Shown here piece by piece: positions 11,291 through 23,394 of a stretch of 64,000 bases of DNA (the stretch's first letter is position 1; each line of letters begins with the position of its first letter). Position numbers and translations under genes: made by a program. Below the pieces are notes generated by a model, which ran no database searches, was not told the origin of the DNA, and was given only the letters and a program-made list of their open reading frames with translations. The stretch comes from Octopus sinensis (lineage: Eukaryota). The stretch lies in the NCBI RefSeq assembly GCF_006345805.1, contig NC_043000.1, positions 156,984,001 through 157,048,000 on the forward strand. The letters are read 5' to 3'.

Positions 11291-11837
11291 GCATTGGATG
11301 ATGTAGTCAATCATGCGTTGCCAAAAAAAAATCGTGACAGTCATGACTGGTATGCTTTTGATCATAGATCTAATTCAGCGCATACTTGAATCCAAACAAC
11401 AAGTACTTCCAGTTATGTGACTTGTGTCTCCAGATAGGAAAACCAGGGTAATTTGGAAAATAAAGCCAGATAATCGAAGTAGGCTACATATAACATGCAT
11501 GCAACCCATTTGCAGTTATGTCTAATTAAAAGCAAAGATTTACATTAAAATCTGGTTCGTTATTTGCATCCGTTTATTTCCACCTTTGACAGGTATTGCT
11601 TTTATGCCGAAAAAACGCTATTGGTGTATTATGTATATATCTATGTATATAATTTCTTTTAGATCTCGCACCAATTTCTAAAACATTGGGTTAAGGAGTG
11701 GGAGGAAGCAAAGAATCGATGCTTGAGTTTTAGCAGGATATCGAACTTCTCTATCTTTACTAATTAATAAATTAATTATAGGTGTGATGATAATAATAAT
11801 AATAATAATAATAATATAATAATAATAATTAATAATA

Positions 11838-12300
11838 AGCAACCATACTCTGGGATATGCCGATACACACAGATAGAGAAATTAAGGCCAAAGACCAGAT
11901 AAGTTGTCAGAGATCATGAAGAAAAAAAATGCTTTCTAATTGATGTATCAATACCGGCTGATGACAACGTATCTCTAAAAGAAATGGAGAAACTTCAAAA
12001 ATACAAAGACCTGGAAATAGAGGTAACCAGAATGTGGAACCTGAATACAAAACAATTCCTATCATAGTAGGTGCATTAGGTATGATAAAAAAATATTCAG
12101 ACAAATACAACAAAAACACAGGACTTACAAACACATATAACATACAGAAAATTGCACTACTAGGCACTGCACACATCCTACGCAGAACACTTTCCATACA
12201 ATAACCATCAGAGCATCACATCAAATCACAGCACATACCCAAGGCACCCAGAGCTGCGCTCGGTAGTGAGTGAAAGCACGCTATAAAAATAAATACTGAA
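11838..12300 (+). mobile_element. R4/Dong-like LINE 3' end (restriction-like endonuclease) inside (AAT)n
   Basis: ATILWDMPIHTDREIKA..PD...CFLIDVSIP..KYKDLEIEVTRMW...GALG...GTAHILRR with frameshifts; (AAT)n on both sides. Confidence 0.85.
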
Positions 12301-12544
12301 TAATGATGATAATAATAATAATAATATAATAATAATAATAATAATATAATAATAATAATAATAATAATTATAATAAAAATAATAATAATAATAATATGAT
12401 AATAATAATAATAATAATATCATAATAATAATATGATAATAATAATAATAATAATATAATAATAATAATGATCATAATATAATAATAATGATAATAATAA
12501 TAATATAATATAATAATAATAATAATAATGATAATAATATGATA

Positions 12545-12593
<49 letters not shown>

Positions 12594-12835
12594 CTAAGAA
12601 AGTGCTTGTATAAAAGAACTAGAGAGAGGAAGGAGAGAGTGAGAGAGTGAGTGGGTGGTACAGTCTTAATACACTTAATGTGAAATCTGAAACAACCCTC
12701 AAATGCAGCAGGAGAAGGTCCAGTCACTTTCGTTGCTCTAATAGTTTAACACACACACGCATACACACGCATACACGCACGCGCGCACACATATCCATTT
12801 ATGCATGTATATATTTATATTTATATATTCTCTTT

Positions 12836-13137
12836 TTTCTCTTTTTACTTGTTTCAGTCATTTTGACTGCAGCCATGCTGGAGCACCGCCTTTAATCGAG
12901 CAACTCGACCCCGGGACTTATTCTTTGTACGCCCAGTACTTATTCTATCGGTCTCTTTTGCCGAACCGCTAAGTGACGGGCACATAAATACACCAGCATC
13001 GGTTGTCAAGCAATGCTTGGGGGACAAACACAGACACACACAAACACACACATACATATATATATATACATATATCCGACAGGCTTCTTTCAGTTTCCGT
13101 CTACCAAATCCACTCACAAGGCATTGGTCGGCCCGAG
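12836..13137 (-). mobile_element. SINE-A, head missing
   Basis: Reverse-complement match; abuts the next copy head-to-head. Confidence 0.9.
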
Positions 13138-13537
13138 TGTGTGGTAAGTAGGTTGCCTACCAACCACATGGTTCCGGGTTCAGTCCCACTGCGTGGCACC
13201 TTGGGCAAGTGTCTTCTACTATAGCCTCGGGCCAACCAAAGGCTTGTGAGTGGATTTGGTAGACGGAAACTGAAAGAAGCCCGTCGTATATATGTATATA
13301 TATATATATGTATGTGTGTGTGTTTGTGTGTGTCTGTGTTTGTCCCCCTAGCATTGCTTGACAAGCGATGCTGGTGTGTTTGTGTCCCCGTAACTTAGCG
13401 GTTCAGCAAAAGAGACCGATAGAATAAGTACTGGGCTTACAAAAGAATAAGTCCCTGGGTCGAGTTGGTCGATTAAAGGCGGTGCTCCAGCATGGCCGCA
13501 GTCAAATGACTGAAACAAGTAAAAGAGTAAAAGAGTA
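13138..13537 (+). mobile_element. SINE-A, near full length
   Basis: Direct match to 1523-1927. Confidence 0.9.
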
Positions 13538-14050
13538 ATATATACACATACGCATACACATATACACACACATAGTAAAAATAGGCATCTCAGAATACAG
13601 TACAAAAGTCTACGAATTACGAATGTTCTATTTTGATGCTGAACATACAAATGAGTCTTTTGATTAACCAAAACATTTTTCTATGAGGCTTCATCGAGAG
13701 AATCTGGAAATAAAAGAGAGAGTGGTCTGTATTACAAGTTCATTGTTTTTATTTGCAATCAGATTCTTGTTTTGCAGTCGGACGATGACGTCAGCCAGGC
13801 GTTTATCAGACGATATGTTCAGGTCGTTTGAGGTGGTTGACTCTTCTTACACTATTATATGCTGTCTGGTAGTTTAAATCTAAAAATGCAAAGGGAGTAA
13901 CTAAATTGTGTGTGTGTGTGTGTATATATATAATATATACTTACATATAATATATAATAATAATAATAATAATATATATATATATAATATAATATAATAT
14001 AATATATAATATAATATAATATATATATATACACACACACATATTAAATA

Positions 14051-14089
<39 letters not shown>

Positions 14090-14196
14090 CATACATATAT
14101 ATATAATAATATATATAATATATATATATATATAATATAATATAATATATATATATATATAATATAATATAAATAATATATACACACACACACACA

Positions 14197-14229
<33 letters not shown>

Positions 14230-15119
14230 AACACACACAAACACACACACACACACATATATTATATATATATATATAATTATATATATATGTATAGACA
14301 GCTATCTATTATATGGGAGTGATTTATAATGGGTGTAAGTGTAACTAGCTCAGTTTATTGGCCACACCAAAGATATGAATCATGTAAGAATTTCGTAAAC
14401 ATGTATATCAACAAATTCCAGTTTGCATTGAGTCTACAAGCACTTGAAACCGGAGCTTGTCCAGATTTTCAAGGTGTTTAAGCTTAGAATACTTGTCAGT
14501 ACGTCGCTGAGTTAACCCCTTCCAGATCTCTTTGGTACCCATTTGCAGCTGCAAAGTAAAATACGGCTCCTTGCTCAAGGACACAACATACCACCAGTCA
14601 GAGCATCGACCTCACGAATCTAATAACAATGACCTCTATACCTTTGCTACTGGACTACCTGCCTTCAAGTTCTTCATGTAACGACATAAGGTTTTAAGAT
14701 AAAAATTAGACACATATACTTATCTAGTGTCCAAGTGTAACCCTAGCAAGAATTTCAGAGAAGAGTGGTTGTTTTAATTTAAACTGAAATACTGAAACTA
14801 TTCATGCTTATTTGTTTTTTAGAATTATTACAAACACTTTATACAGGGAAAATATTTGATTAATGCTTTTCAAAGTTTAAGTTAACAAAAATGTGGTAGC
14901 GAAATCCTTGACATGGTGAAAGTAGGTGGCCATGTGCTTATGGTTTTCTGACGAGGTAGTAGGTTCGATTCCTGAATCGGGCAGCACATAATGTCCTTGA
15001 GCATTCTGCTCAACCATAAATGAATATAAACAGAGTACTAATGTAGCTCCCTCTCTTCCTTCAGCTGTCCCTTCCTGGATCTGCTACTGGGTCAAAGGTG
15101 AGAGGACAAGAGGATGTCT

Positions 15120-15540
15120 GTGTTTGCTCATGACAATATAGGTGCCATTAGCGAAAGCATAGTACATGTTACCAAGTCAAACACACTAGCTATACTTTTA
15201 TTCTTGATATGGAACCTATCATTTTTGCTCTATAATCTTCGGTTCCAGGTTGTCTCTAAATCCACTTTCGGTGCTTCTAATAATTATCATCCACTCAATA
15301 ATATTCAGCGACATAGCTATACATTTCAGTTGCCGAATCGAGTTATTTTTAATTCTCAGAACATAACGAACTTCTTGGATGAAGTGTAATTGTATTAACA
15401 AATATTTCAATGTTTGATTACTCAAAATAACTTTTAGAAAAATTCGCCAAATATTGAAAACAAGGAGCATTCCACGAACTTGCAAGAAATAGCAAATAAA
15501 TCTTCTTCAAATAGCGTCCTAATTCAGCGTTTCACAAGAG
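15120..15540 (-). mobile_element. Decayed LINE C-terminal region (L2/Crack/Daphne-like)
   Basis: AELGRY and ITRF motifs with many stops. Confidence 0.45.
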
Positions 15541-15566
15541 GAGTTCAACAGCCTCCTAGAACTATT

Positions 15567-15786
15567 CTTATTCTTTTATTTGTTTCAGTCATTTGACTGC
15601 GGCCTTGCTGGAGCTGCACCTTTAGTCGAACGAATCGACCCCAGGATTTATTCTTTGTAAACCTAGTACTTATTCTATCGGGATCTCTTTTGCCGAACCG
15701 CTAGTTTGTGGGGAAGTAAACACACCAACATCGGTTGTCAAGCGAGGGTGGGAGGACAAACACACACACAAACATATACATATACA

Positions 15787-15790
<4 letters not shown>
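15567..15790 (-). mobile_element. SINE-A 3' half
   Basis: Reverse-complement match. Confidence 0.85.
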
Positions 15791-15827
<37 letters not shown>

Positions 15828-16017
15828 TATATATATATATATATTATATATATATATGTACATATATATACAAATGTATACACACACAAACACCGCACAC
15901 AACACATATATATATACATATATACAAAGGGGTTTGTATGATTGGTATAGAGAATATATGCTCAAAGAATTCCAACTCTATTTTCCACATTTTATTTATA
16001 ATCTTCTAATACTAATA

Positions 16018-16198
16018 GGCACAGGAGTGGCTGTGTGGTAAGTAGCTTGTTTACAAACCACATGGTTCCGAGTTCACTCCCACTGCGTGCATCTTGGGCA
16101 AGTGTCTTCTACTATATAGCCTCGGGCCGACCAAGCCTTGTGAGTGGATTTGGTAGACGAAAACTGAAGAAGCCCGTCGTATATATGTATATATATAT

Positions 16199-16252
<54 letters not shown>

Positions 16253-16481
16253 GTGTATGTATATGTTTGTGTGTCTGTGTTTGTCCCCCCAACATCGCTT
16301 GATAACCGATGCTGGTGTGTTTACTTCCCCGAAAGATAGCGGTTCGGCAAGAGAGACCGATAGAATAAGTACTAGGCTTACAAAGAATAAGTCCTGGGAT
16401 CGATTTGCTCCACTAAAGGCGGTGCTCCAGCATTGCCACAGTCACATGACTGAAACAAGTAAAAGAGTAAAGAGTAAGAGT
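16018..16481 (+). mobile_element. SINE-A full length
   Basis: Head, CORE-like block, microsatellite and tail all present. Confidence 0.9.
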
Positions 16482-16549
16482 ATTATTTTATAAATAAAAT
16501 GTGAAAAACAGTGTTGGAATTTCTTTGAGTAATATATATATATAATATG

Positions 16550-16594
<45 letters not shown>

Positions 16595-16598
16595 ATAT

Positions 16599-17014
16599 AC
16601 TCTTTTACTCTTTTACTCTTTTACTTGTTTCAGTCATTGACTGCGGCCATGCTGGAGCACCGCCTTAATCGAGCAACTCGACCCCGGGACTTATTCGTTT
16701 GTAAGCCCAGTACTTATCTATCGGTCTCTTCTGCCGAACCGCTAAGTGACGGGGACGTAACACACACCAGCATCGGTTGTCAAGCAATGCTAGGGGACAA
16801 ACACAGACACACAAACACACACACACATACATATATATACATATACATATATACGACAGGCTTCTTTCAGTTTCCGTCTACCAAATCCACTCACAAGGCA
16901 TTGGTCGGCCCGGGGCTATAGCAGAAGACACTTGCCCAAGATGCCACGCAGTGGGACTGAACCCGGAACCATGTGGCTGGTTAGCAAGCTACTTACCACA
17001 CAGCCACTACTGCG

Positions 17015-17016
<2 letters not shown>
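16599..17016 (-). mobile_element. SINE-A full length
   Basis: Reverse complement; tail-to-tail with 16018-16481. Confidence 0.9.
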
Positions 17017-17067
<51 letters not shown>

Positions 17068-17092
17068 AGGGTGGAAAGGAACACACGAGTTG

Positions 17093-17345
17093 ATATATAT
17101 GAAAAAACAAGTCAAAAATAGAAAATGCTAAGATAATTTTATAGTGAATCTTTCAGTACCGGTTTCGGTCATTTTGAGACCTTTTCAACTGTAACGATTA
17201 AATAATTAAATAATATTTATAATAAATATAATATAATTAAATAATTATTTAATCGTTACAGTTGAGAAGGTCTCAAAATGACCGAAACCGTACTGAAAGA
17301 TTCACTATAAAATTATCTTAGCATTTTCTATTTTTGACTTGTTTT

Positions 17346-17358
<13 letters not shown>
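17093..17358. mobile_element. Long palindrome (about 115-bp arms), inverted pLTR pair with HHR-like motifs
   Basis: 17093-17207 is the near-perfect reverse complement of 17243-17358; flanked by (TA)n. Confidence 0.85.
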
Positions 17359-17413
<55 letters not shown>

Positions 17414-17422
17414 TATATACAT

Positions 17423-17588
17423 ATATACGACGGGCTTCTTGCAGTTTCTGTCTATCAAATTCACACACAAGGCTTTGGTCGGGCCGAGGCTGTAGTAGAA
17501 GACACTTGCTTAAGGTGCCACGCAGTGGGACTGAACCAGGAACCATGTTGTTAATAAGCAAGCTGCTTACCACACAGCCACGGCTGTG
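17423..17588 (-). mobile_element. SINE-A 5' half
   Basis: Reverse-complement match to head and CORE-like block. Confidence 0.85.
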
Positions 17589-17599
17589 AGAAATGCTGA

Positions 17600-17836
17600 T
17601 AAATAAATTATGCAAATAAATACATTTTTTGGAGTCGTGTTTAGCACTGGTAAATCCTCGACCATGGTATTGTGTAAGAGTACCCATGATCCATATCACA
17701 ATGAGTTGGTTTTCAGATGATGACTTGGCTGCTTGTTATCCCTATATTTTACAGGCAGAGTCTGGAATGTTGCAGCCGCCTTGCTGCAATCATATTCGTC
17801 ACCTAGAGGTAATCATTGTGTTCTTGCCTGATGCTG

Positions 17837-17879
<43 letters not shown>

Positions 17880-18330
17880 GCAGCAGCAGCAGCAGCAGCA
17901 GTAACAACAACAAAAGCAACATTCTCCTCCTCTTCCTTCCCCTTCTCCGCATGGCGAAAGAGGCTGCGTAGTGGACGCTTCTGAAAGGTTTGAGGACATG
18001 CAACAATCATTATCTGTCCAAGCTCTCGTCAGCTTCTTCAAATATTTGGAAAGAATGTTGATGGCAGCGTGGAGATACTGTCTTCTAGTGTGTCTATCGA
18101 AAGGTGAATGAGAATGGCAAGACTTGGAGAATTTGAATAAACCTACATTGATATACTTTTGAAAGAAAGAGGAAAGAAACTGGGAAAAGTAAATGTTGAT
18201 GCCTTGGAGACGGCACGGCTTTGCGAGCTTTTCGCGTTGGATTTTCTCCAATTACCCTCAGTGGACTCCTTCGTTAATGGGGATTCTTTTCTTGCTGAAA
18301 TTTATTGGTTTTTAGATTTTGTTGTCATAT
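17600..18330 (-). mobile_element. Possible decayed PLE ORF remnant interrupted by (CAA)/(CAG)n
   Basis: Coding-like composition; peptides such as RRQYLHAAINILSKYLKKL and SSENQLIVI loosely recall PLE N-terminal regions. Weak. Confidence 0.3.
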
Positions 18331-18643
18331 CTTTTATCATTTTTTAAGATTCATTATCATTGCTACACATTCCACACTTTGTGAGTGGCCAATAGGAAAT
18401 TTGTTTACCAACCACATGGTTCCACGTTCAATCTTACTACGCGGCAAGTGTCTTCTACTAGGGTGACAAAAGTCTTATATATATATGTAACTTATATGTG
18501 TGTGTGTGTGTGAGCGTGGATGTGTATGTGTGCATGTGTGTGTGCGCGTGTGCAAGACCAAAGTCTTACATATATGTATGTAACCTGTATGTATGTGTGT
18601 GTGTGTGTGTGTAAGACCAAAGTCTTCCACATATATATGTAAC

Positions 18644-18864
18644 TAGCTGGCAGAAACGTTAGCTTGCCGGGCGAAATGCCTAGCAGTATTTCGTGTGTCG
18701 TTACCTTCTGAGTTCAAATTCCGCGAGGTCGACTTTGCCTTTCATCCTTTCGGGGTCGATAAATAAAGTACTAGTTCCGCACTGGAGTCGATGTAATCGA
18801 CTTAACCCCTTTGTCTGTCCTTGTTTGTCCCCCTTTGTGTTTAGCTCCTTGTGGGCAATAAAGA
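18644..18864 (+). mobile_element. SINE-B full length
   Basis: Same head, Meta-like domain and GGGCAATAAAGAA tail as 3240-3653. Confidence 0.9.
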
Positions 18865-19221
18865 ATATATATATATATATGTAACGAGTATGGACAGGAT
18901 TAATTTAGCTGTTTCTCTGTAGATTGAAGTAAATGACGGACAACCTTAATCGATTTTCAAATCTTAGTGGATTTTCAACGGCGTCCACATCAACTTAACA
19001 AGACCCAGAGAAACAAGCAGTCAATCTGTTTATATACTCAATAATTATAGAAGCTACTGAAAGCTGGAGTTTTGCGAAACGAGTATCAACACTTTTATCA
19101 ACGGGGATCTTGGTCCACACAGTATTAAGATATGATATCATAGTTGTAACTTATATAGTACCTTTATAAACAGGGCTAATTTAGCTGTTTCTCTGTCGAC
19201 TAAAAGAATGATGAACAATGA

Positions 19222-19355
19222 CGGACTTCTTTCAGGTTCCGTCTACCAAACCCACTCACAAGGCCCGAAGCCATACTAGAAGACATTTGCCCATGCCGTG
19301 GGACTAAAGCTGAACCGTGTGGTTGGGACGCAAACTTCTTACCACAAAGCCACGG
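19222..19355 (-). mobile_element. SINE-A 5' half, diverged
   Basis: Reverse-complement match; followed by 3x CACGGCTCAAAT (19351-19386). Confidence 0.7.
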
Positions 19356-20006
19356 CTCAAATCACGGCTCAAATCACGGCTCAAATCACAACGATATCGA
19401 CTTTGTCTTTCATTCCTTCGAGTTCGTCACAATGAGTACATGTTATGATCCAAGGGCTTTTTCTAATCGACGACTCACTCTTCCTCTTAATGTGTGCCAT
19501 TCTGTCTTTGTAAGAAATTATTATTTGATGATATAAAATCATAGTAATTGGATTTTCCATTTTTTCTTTTTTTTTTTGCTATTTATTCGCGAAAGTCACC
19601 TCATGCTCGTTATTTAGCAGGATGAACGTCTGCTTAATATGAGAACGAAGTGAAAAGTAGCGTGGGAAGAATTTCAGTATTTCGAATGGAAAGCAAAGTT
19701 ATTTAGCAATTTATTTAACTTGGAAATATTGTCGTAGACGATATACGCACAGTTATGTAAATAGATAGGCAGATAAACACACATATGCGTAGATACAAAG
19801 CAATTATATGTTATTGATTTCCCTTTCCGTGCTCTCCTCTCTGCATGTGTAGGAAATATATGTATATATTTATTTGTACATATGCATACACGCATAGACA
19901 TACCAACACGTGCGTACACAGACGCACATATATTTATATACTTACACACGAACACATGCATCTACACACGCTAAAACACATATATATGTATAAGTAAAAA
20001 AAGAAC

Positions 20007-20037
<31 letters not shown>

Positions 20038-20339
20038 GTAAATGCAGGGTAGAGAGATACATCTAAATACAGAGAGGCAGAGAAAGAAAGGCTGACAAAG
20101 ATATATACACAGACAATGAGAACGTTAAACAGAATCAAGAAAAACATATGTAGAGAAGAATATGTAGTCAAATAGACAGGTCCCTCACTTAACAGTATCT
20201 TTTGGAGACTATTTACCTAATAGTCGAGCTGAAATCATGGTACACCTTTACTAGATTTGAGCTCAGACTATAGAAGTACGGAGAAAGTACGGGGCAGATG
20301 CATTTGAGCCGGTTCTTTAACATTTCCGACAATTCAATT

Positions 20340-20640
20340 TATAATGATCATTGTGGAGATGGTGTACTGGAGTCGGGGCTTCATATTCCAGGTATCTCGG
20401 CTCTACGTTTGATCCAGAACTGCAGGTCAAAAACAGGAGCTGTGAAAAGGCGCAGTAAACAGACGGTTATCTCTGCCTGCTTACTTACTCTCCAGGAATT
20501 TTCCCTTATGTTACAGCTTCAGTGCAAGCTTGCACGTCATCAGATACAGTATGGGCTCTTGAGATCTTTGCTGTGGTCTTTGATAGCAAACGGGTATTTT
20601 GACAAGCGAAACCTGTGTTTTCTACAGAAAACGAATGAGA
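20340..20640 (+). mobile_element. Possible very old LINE RT C-terminal remnant
   Basis: RYLGSTFDPEL resembles the YLGV-x-D-x2-L motif; otherwise interrupted. Confidence 0.3.
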
Positions 20641-21067
20641 TGTTCTAATCTGGTTCGATGTGACATCAGATGTGGTTTAATGAAAAACACAATGTTCAAA
20701 GTTCCAATAGATTGATTGTAGCCATTCAGCATCTGAAGGATTCATTGCAGGCATTCAGTATCTCTGCCAGATCTCTCAGAGATAGCTCTCTCTCTTCAAC
20801 CTTTTATCAATGGATTACTTTTATTTCTACAAGAGCGGCAGAGCAAATCTTTTCCCGTTATAAACTAACCAAAACATATAATAAAACAGGACTATAAATA
20901 CGATATGTAGACTATGCGTTTGAGTGTTAGCTTTAGCTCGTAAGGAGACCTTTTGTTTAAAAAATTGAAAGCACATCTGCTTTCTAATCATTTTTAGGCA
21001 GCTGTTGAGTGTGATGCCTCCTTAAGCTGTAGATTGTTTAACTAATTCATAAATCCAGTATTGATGT

Positions 21068-21361
21068 GGATGGAAGCACTCCGTCGGTTACGACGACGAG
21101 GGTTCCGGGGATATTCAGCGTGACACAGAGAGTGACAAGGCCGGCCCTTTGAAATACAGGTACAACAGAAACAGGAAGTAAGAGTGAGAGAAAGTTGTGG
21201 TGAAAGAGTACAGCAGGGATTACCACCATCCCCTGCCGGAGCCTCGTGGAGCTTTAGGTGTTTTCGCTCAGTAAACACTCACAACGCTCGGTCTGGGAAT
21301 CGAAACCGTGATCCTATGACTGCGAGTCCGCTGCCCTAACCACTGGGCCATTGCGCCTCCA
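21068..21361 (-). mobile_element. OR-like SINE, tail type 2, with an internal deletion of about 95 bp
   Basis: Near-identical to 35836-36221 except for the deletion. TSD CAGTATTGATGT at 21056-21067 and 21362-21373. Confidence 0.92.
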
Positions 21362-22075
21362 CAGTATTGATGTAGACGCTGTTTGGAAACAGTCAGTTCC
21401 GTTGTTTTTGGATGTTTAGTCATAGCCAACCCTGAACACAGAAACTGACTTGGTAGTGTTGGAGATCCATTATACTGACATCTATGCCAGTGTTATAGAA
21501 TATGGTAAAAATACATACACTAAAAGGAGGAGTTTGCACAATATGACAAAATCGATAGAATGACAGATAAAGCATCTTAATGTTTTTGGTTTTGGTTCGT
21601 CTCAAAGACTACGTCCACTTTGTCTTTCATCTGATCAAAGTCAATGAAATAATACCCACTCGATATAATCAACTACACCTTTGAGAATGGTGACCCAGCA
21701 TGGCCGCAGATATATCAATTCTATGTGATTGACGTTCATTTTTAGTCTTTGTTGGTTCATCACTTCAGTAATATTCCCTATACCACTGGCGCAACCAGAG
21801 GAGTAGGCTTTGGACTTTAAATGTGCTGAGACAATACTGAGTATGGTCTCAAAGGTTGATGAGAAGGCCTCATATTCATTATTTATAATTTGTCCTTTTC
21901 CGTCAATCATTTCCATGTTGCATTTCTATATATTTATATATGTATATGTATATATATGTGTGTGTATGTGTGAGTGTGTGTATGCATGTATGTGTATGCA
22001 TGCATGTATGTATGGGTGTGTATAGGTGAATGTGTTAATCAGATACAGGAGGTTAAATTGTTACATAGGCAAATA

Positions 22076-23017
22076 CAGGGGTTGGACAAAATAATGGAAA
22101 CACCTAGCATTATAGCATCATAAATCTGAAATCTATAGAACTGTCAAAATGCTTGTTATTTTTATGTCTTTTTATTTATTACTAGTGTTGCTTAATATGT
22201 TTTGCTAAACTTGCTGTTTCTTTTCAGATATCATCAGAAAAAGGTAATTAAAATTCATTAAAATGACAGATCTATCGGTCTTTCAAAGAAGTCAAATTGT
22301 TGGTGCTCGTATGGCAGGCGCTAGTGTAATGAAAACAGCCGAAATGTTTGGTGTATCAAGAAGTATTGTCTCGAAAGTAATGACAGTCTTTGAGAAAGAG
22401 GGAAAAACATCCTCGTCGAAACAAAACTCTGGAAGAAAACCAAAACTTTCAGATAGGGACCGTCGGATTCTTATGCGAATTGTTAGAAAGGATCACAAAA
22501 GTACAGCCACCAAAATCACCGCAGAGCTTAATGACTACCTTCAGAACCCAATTTCCTCAAAATCTGTTCGCCGGGAGCTGCACAAAGCCGGATTTCACGG
22601 GAGGACTGCAATCAAATACCCACTACTTTCAGAAACAAGCGTTGCAAAGCGTTTAGAATAGAGTAAAAACCTATAGAATTGGTCCCTAGAACAGTGGAAG
22701 AATGTTATTTTCTCGGACGAGTCATCCTTTACCTTATTTCTAACTACCGGCCGAGTATACGTGTGGAGACAGGCAAAAGAAACATTTGACCCAGACTGCT
22801 TTCTTCCAACTATTAAACACGGAGCAGGATCTGTAATGATTGGGTGAGGGGGGGTATATATTGGAAATCCACCGGCCCAATGGTTTCCCTTCATGGCAGA
22901 ATTAATAGTCAAGACTATTTAAGTATATTATCTGATCAAATTCATCCTATGGTTGCGGAATTGTTTTCGGAGGGAAACGCAATCTTTCAGGATCATAATG
23001 CACCAATTCACACAGCT
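22076..23017 (+). mobile_element. Tc1-family transposon, 3'-truncated, with transposase pseudogene (from 22263)
   Basis: TA-CAGGGGTTGGACAAAATAATGGAAACACC TIR; MTDLSVFQRSQIVGARMAG...GRKPKLS...FSDESSF...KHGAGSVM...FQDHNAPIHTA; in-frame stops; third catalytic residue region missing. Confidence 0.92.
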
Positions 23018-23199
23018 ATAGATAGATTGATTGAAATAAAAACACTCAATGAAAGGGTTGATTTATTCAGAATATTGAGACAAAAATCACAGAACTCTCG
23101 AGTCGAGATCTGACAATGTGAATCACATAGCTCTCTGAAAATTATATTGTACATTTACACACATACGCAAACACATACATACAGACGTGCGCGTGCATA

Positions 23200-23370
23200 T
23201 ATATACACGACGAGCTTCTTTCAGCTTCCGGCTACCAAATCCAATAGTAAGGCTTTGGTCGACCCGAAGTTATAGTGGAAGATACTTGCCTAAGGTGTCA
23301 CACGGAGTGACTGAACCCGGTACTATGTGTTTGGGAAGCAAGCTGTTTACCACACAGCCACACCTGTGCC
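23200..23370 (-). mobile_element. SINE-A 5' half, diverged
   Basis: Reverse-complement match. Confidence 0.8.
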
Positions 23371-23394
23371 TATATATATAATATATATACACAC

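Noticed and set aside
14950-14975. GAGGTAGTAGGTT, 13-nt match to let-7
   Set aside because: Continues as CGATTCC (a SINE B-box) rather than GTATAGTT; no precursor hairpin.
17755-17808. 54-nt exon candidate (TTTTACAG|...GAG|GTAATC)
   Set aside because: Good splice signals, but it lies in what looks like an antisense retroelement remnant and the peptides are unrecognised. Would need junction reads.
20515-20560. CTGATGA followed by the palindrome GTGCAAGCTTGCAC (minus strand)
   Set aside because: GAAG instead of GAAA, 10.1-11.1 mismatch, and no stem I or III; not a hammerhead.
20485-20625. Minus-strand segment with TTTTCTGTAG acceptor and GTAAGT donor
   Set aside because: Stops in all three frames; at best a non-coding exon, with no support.
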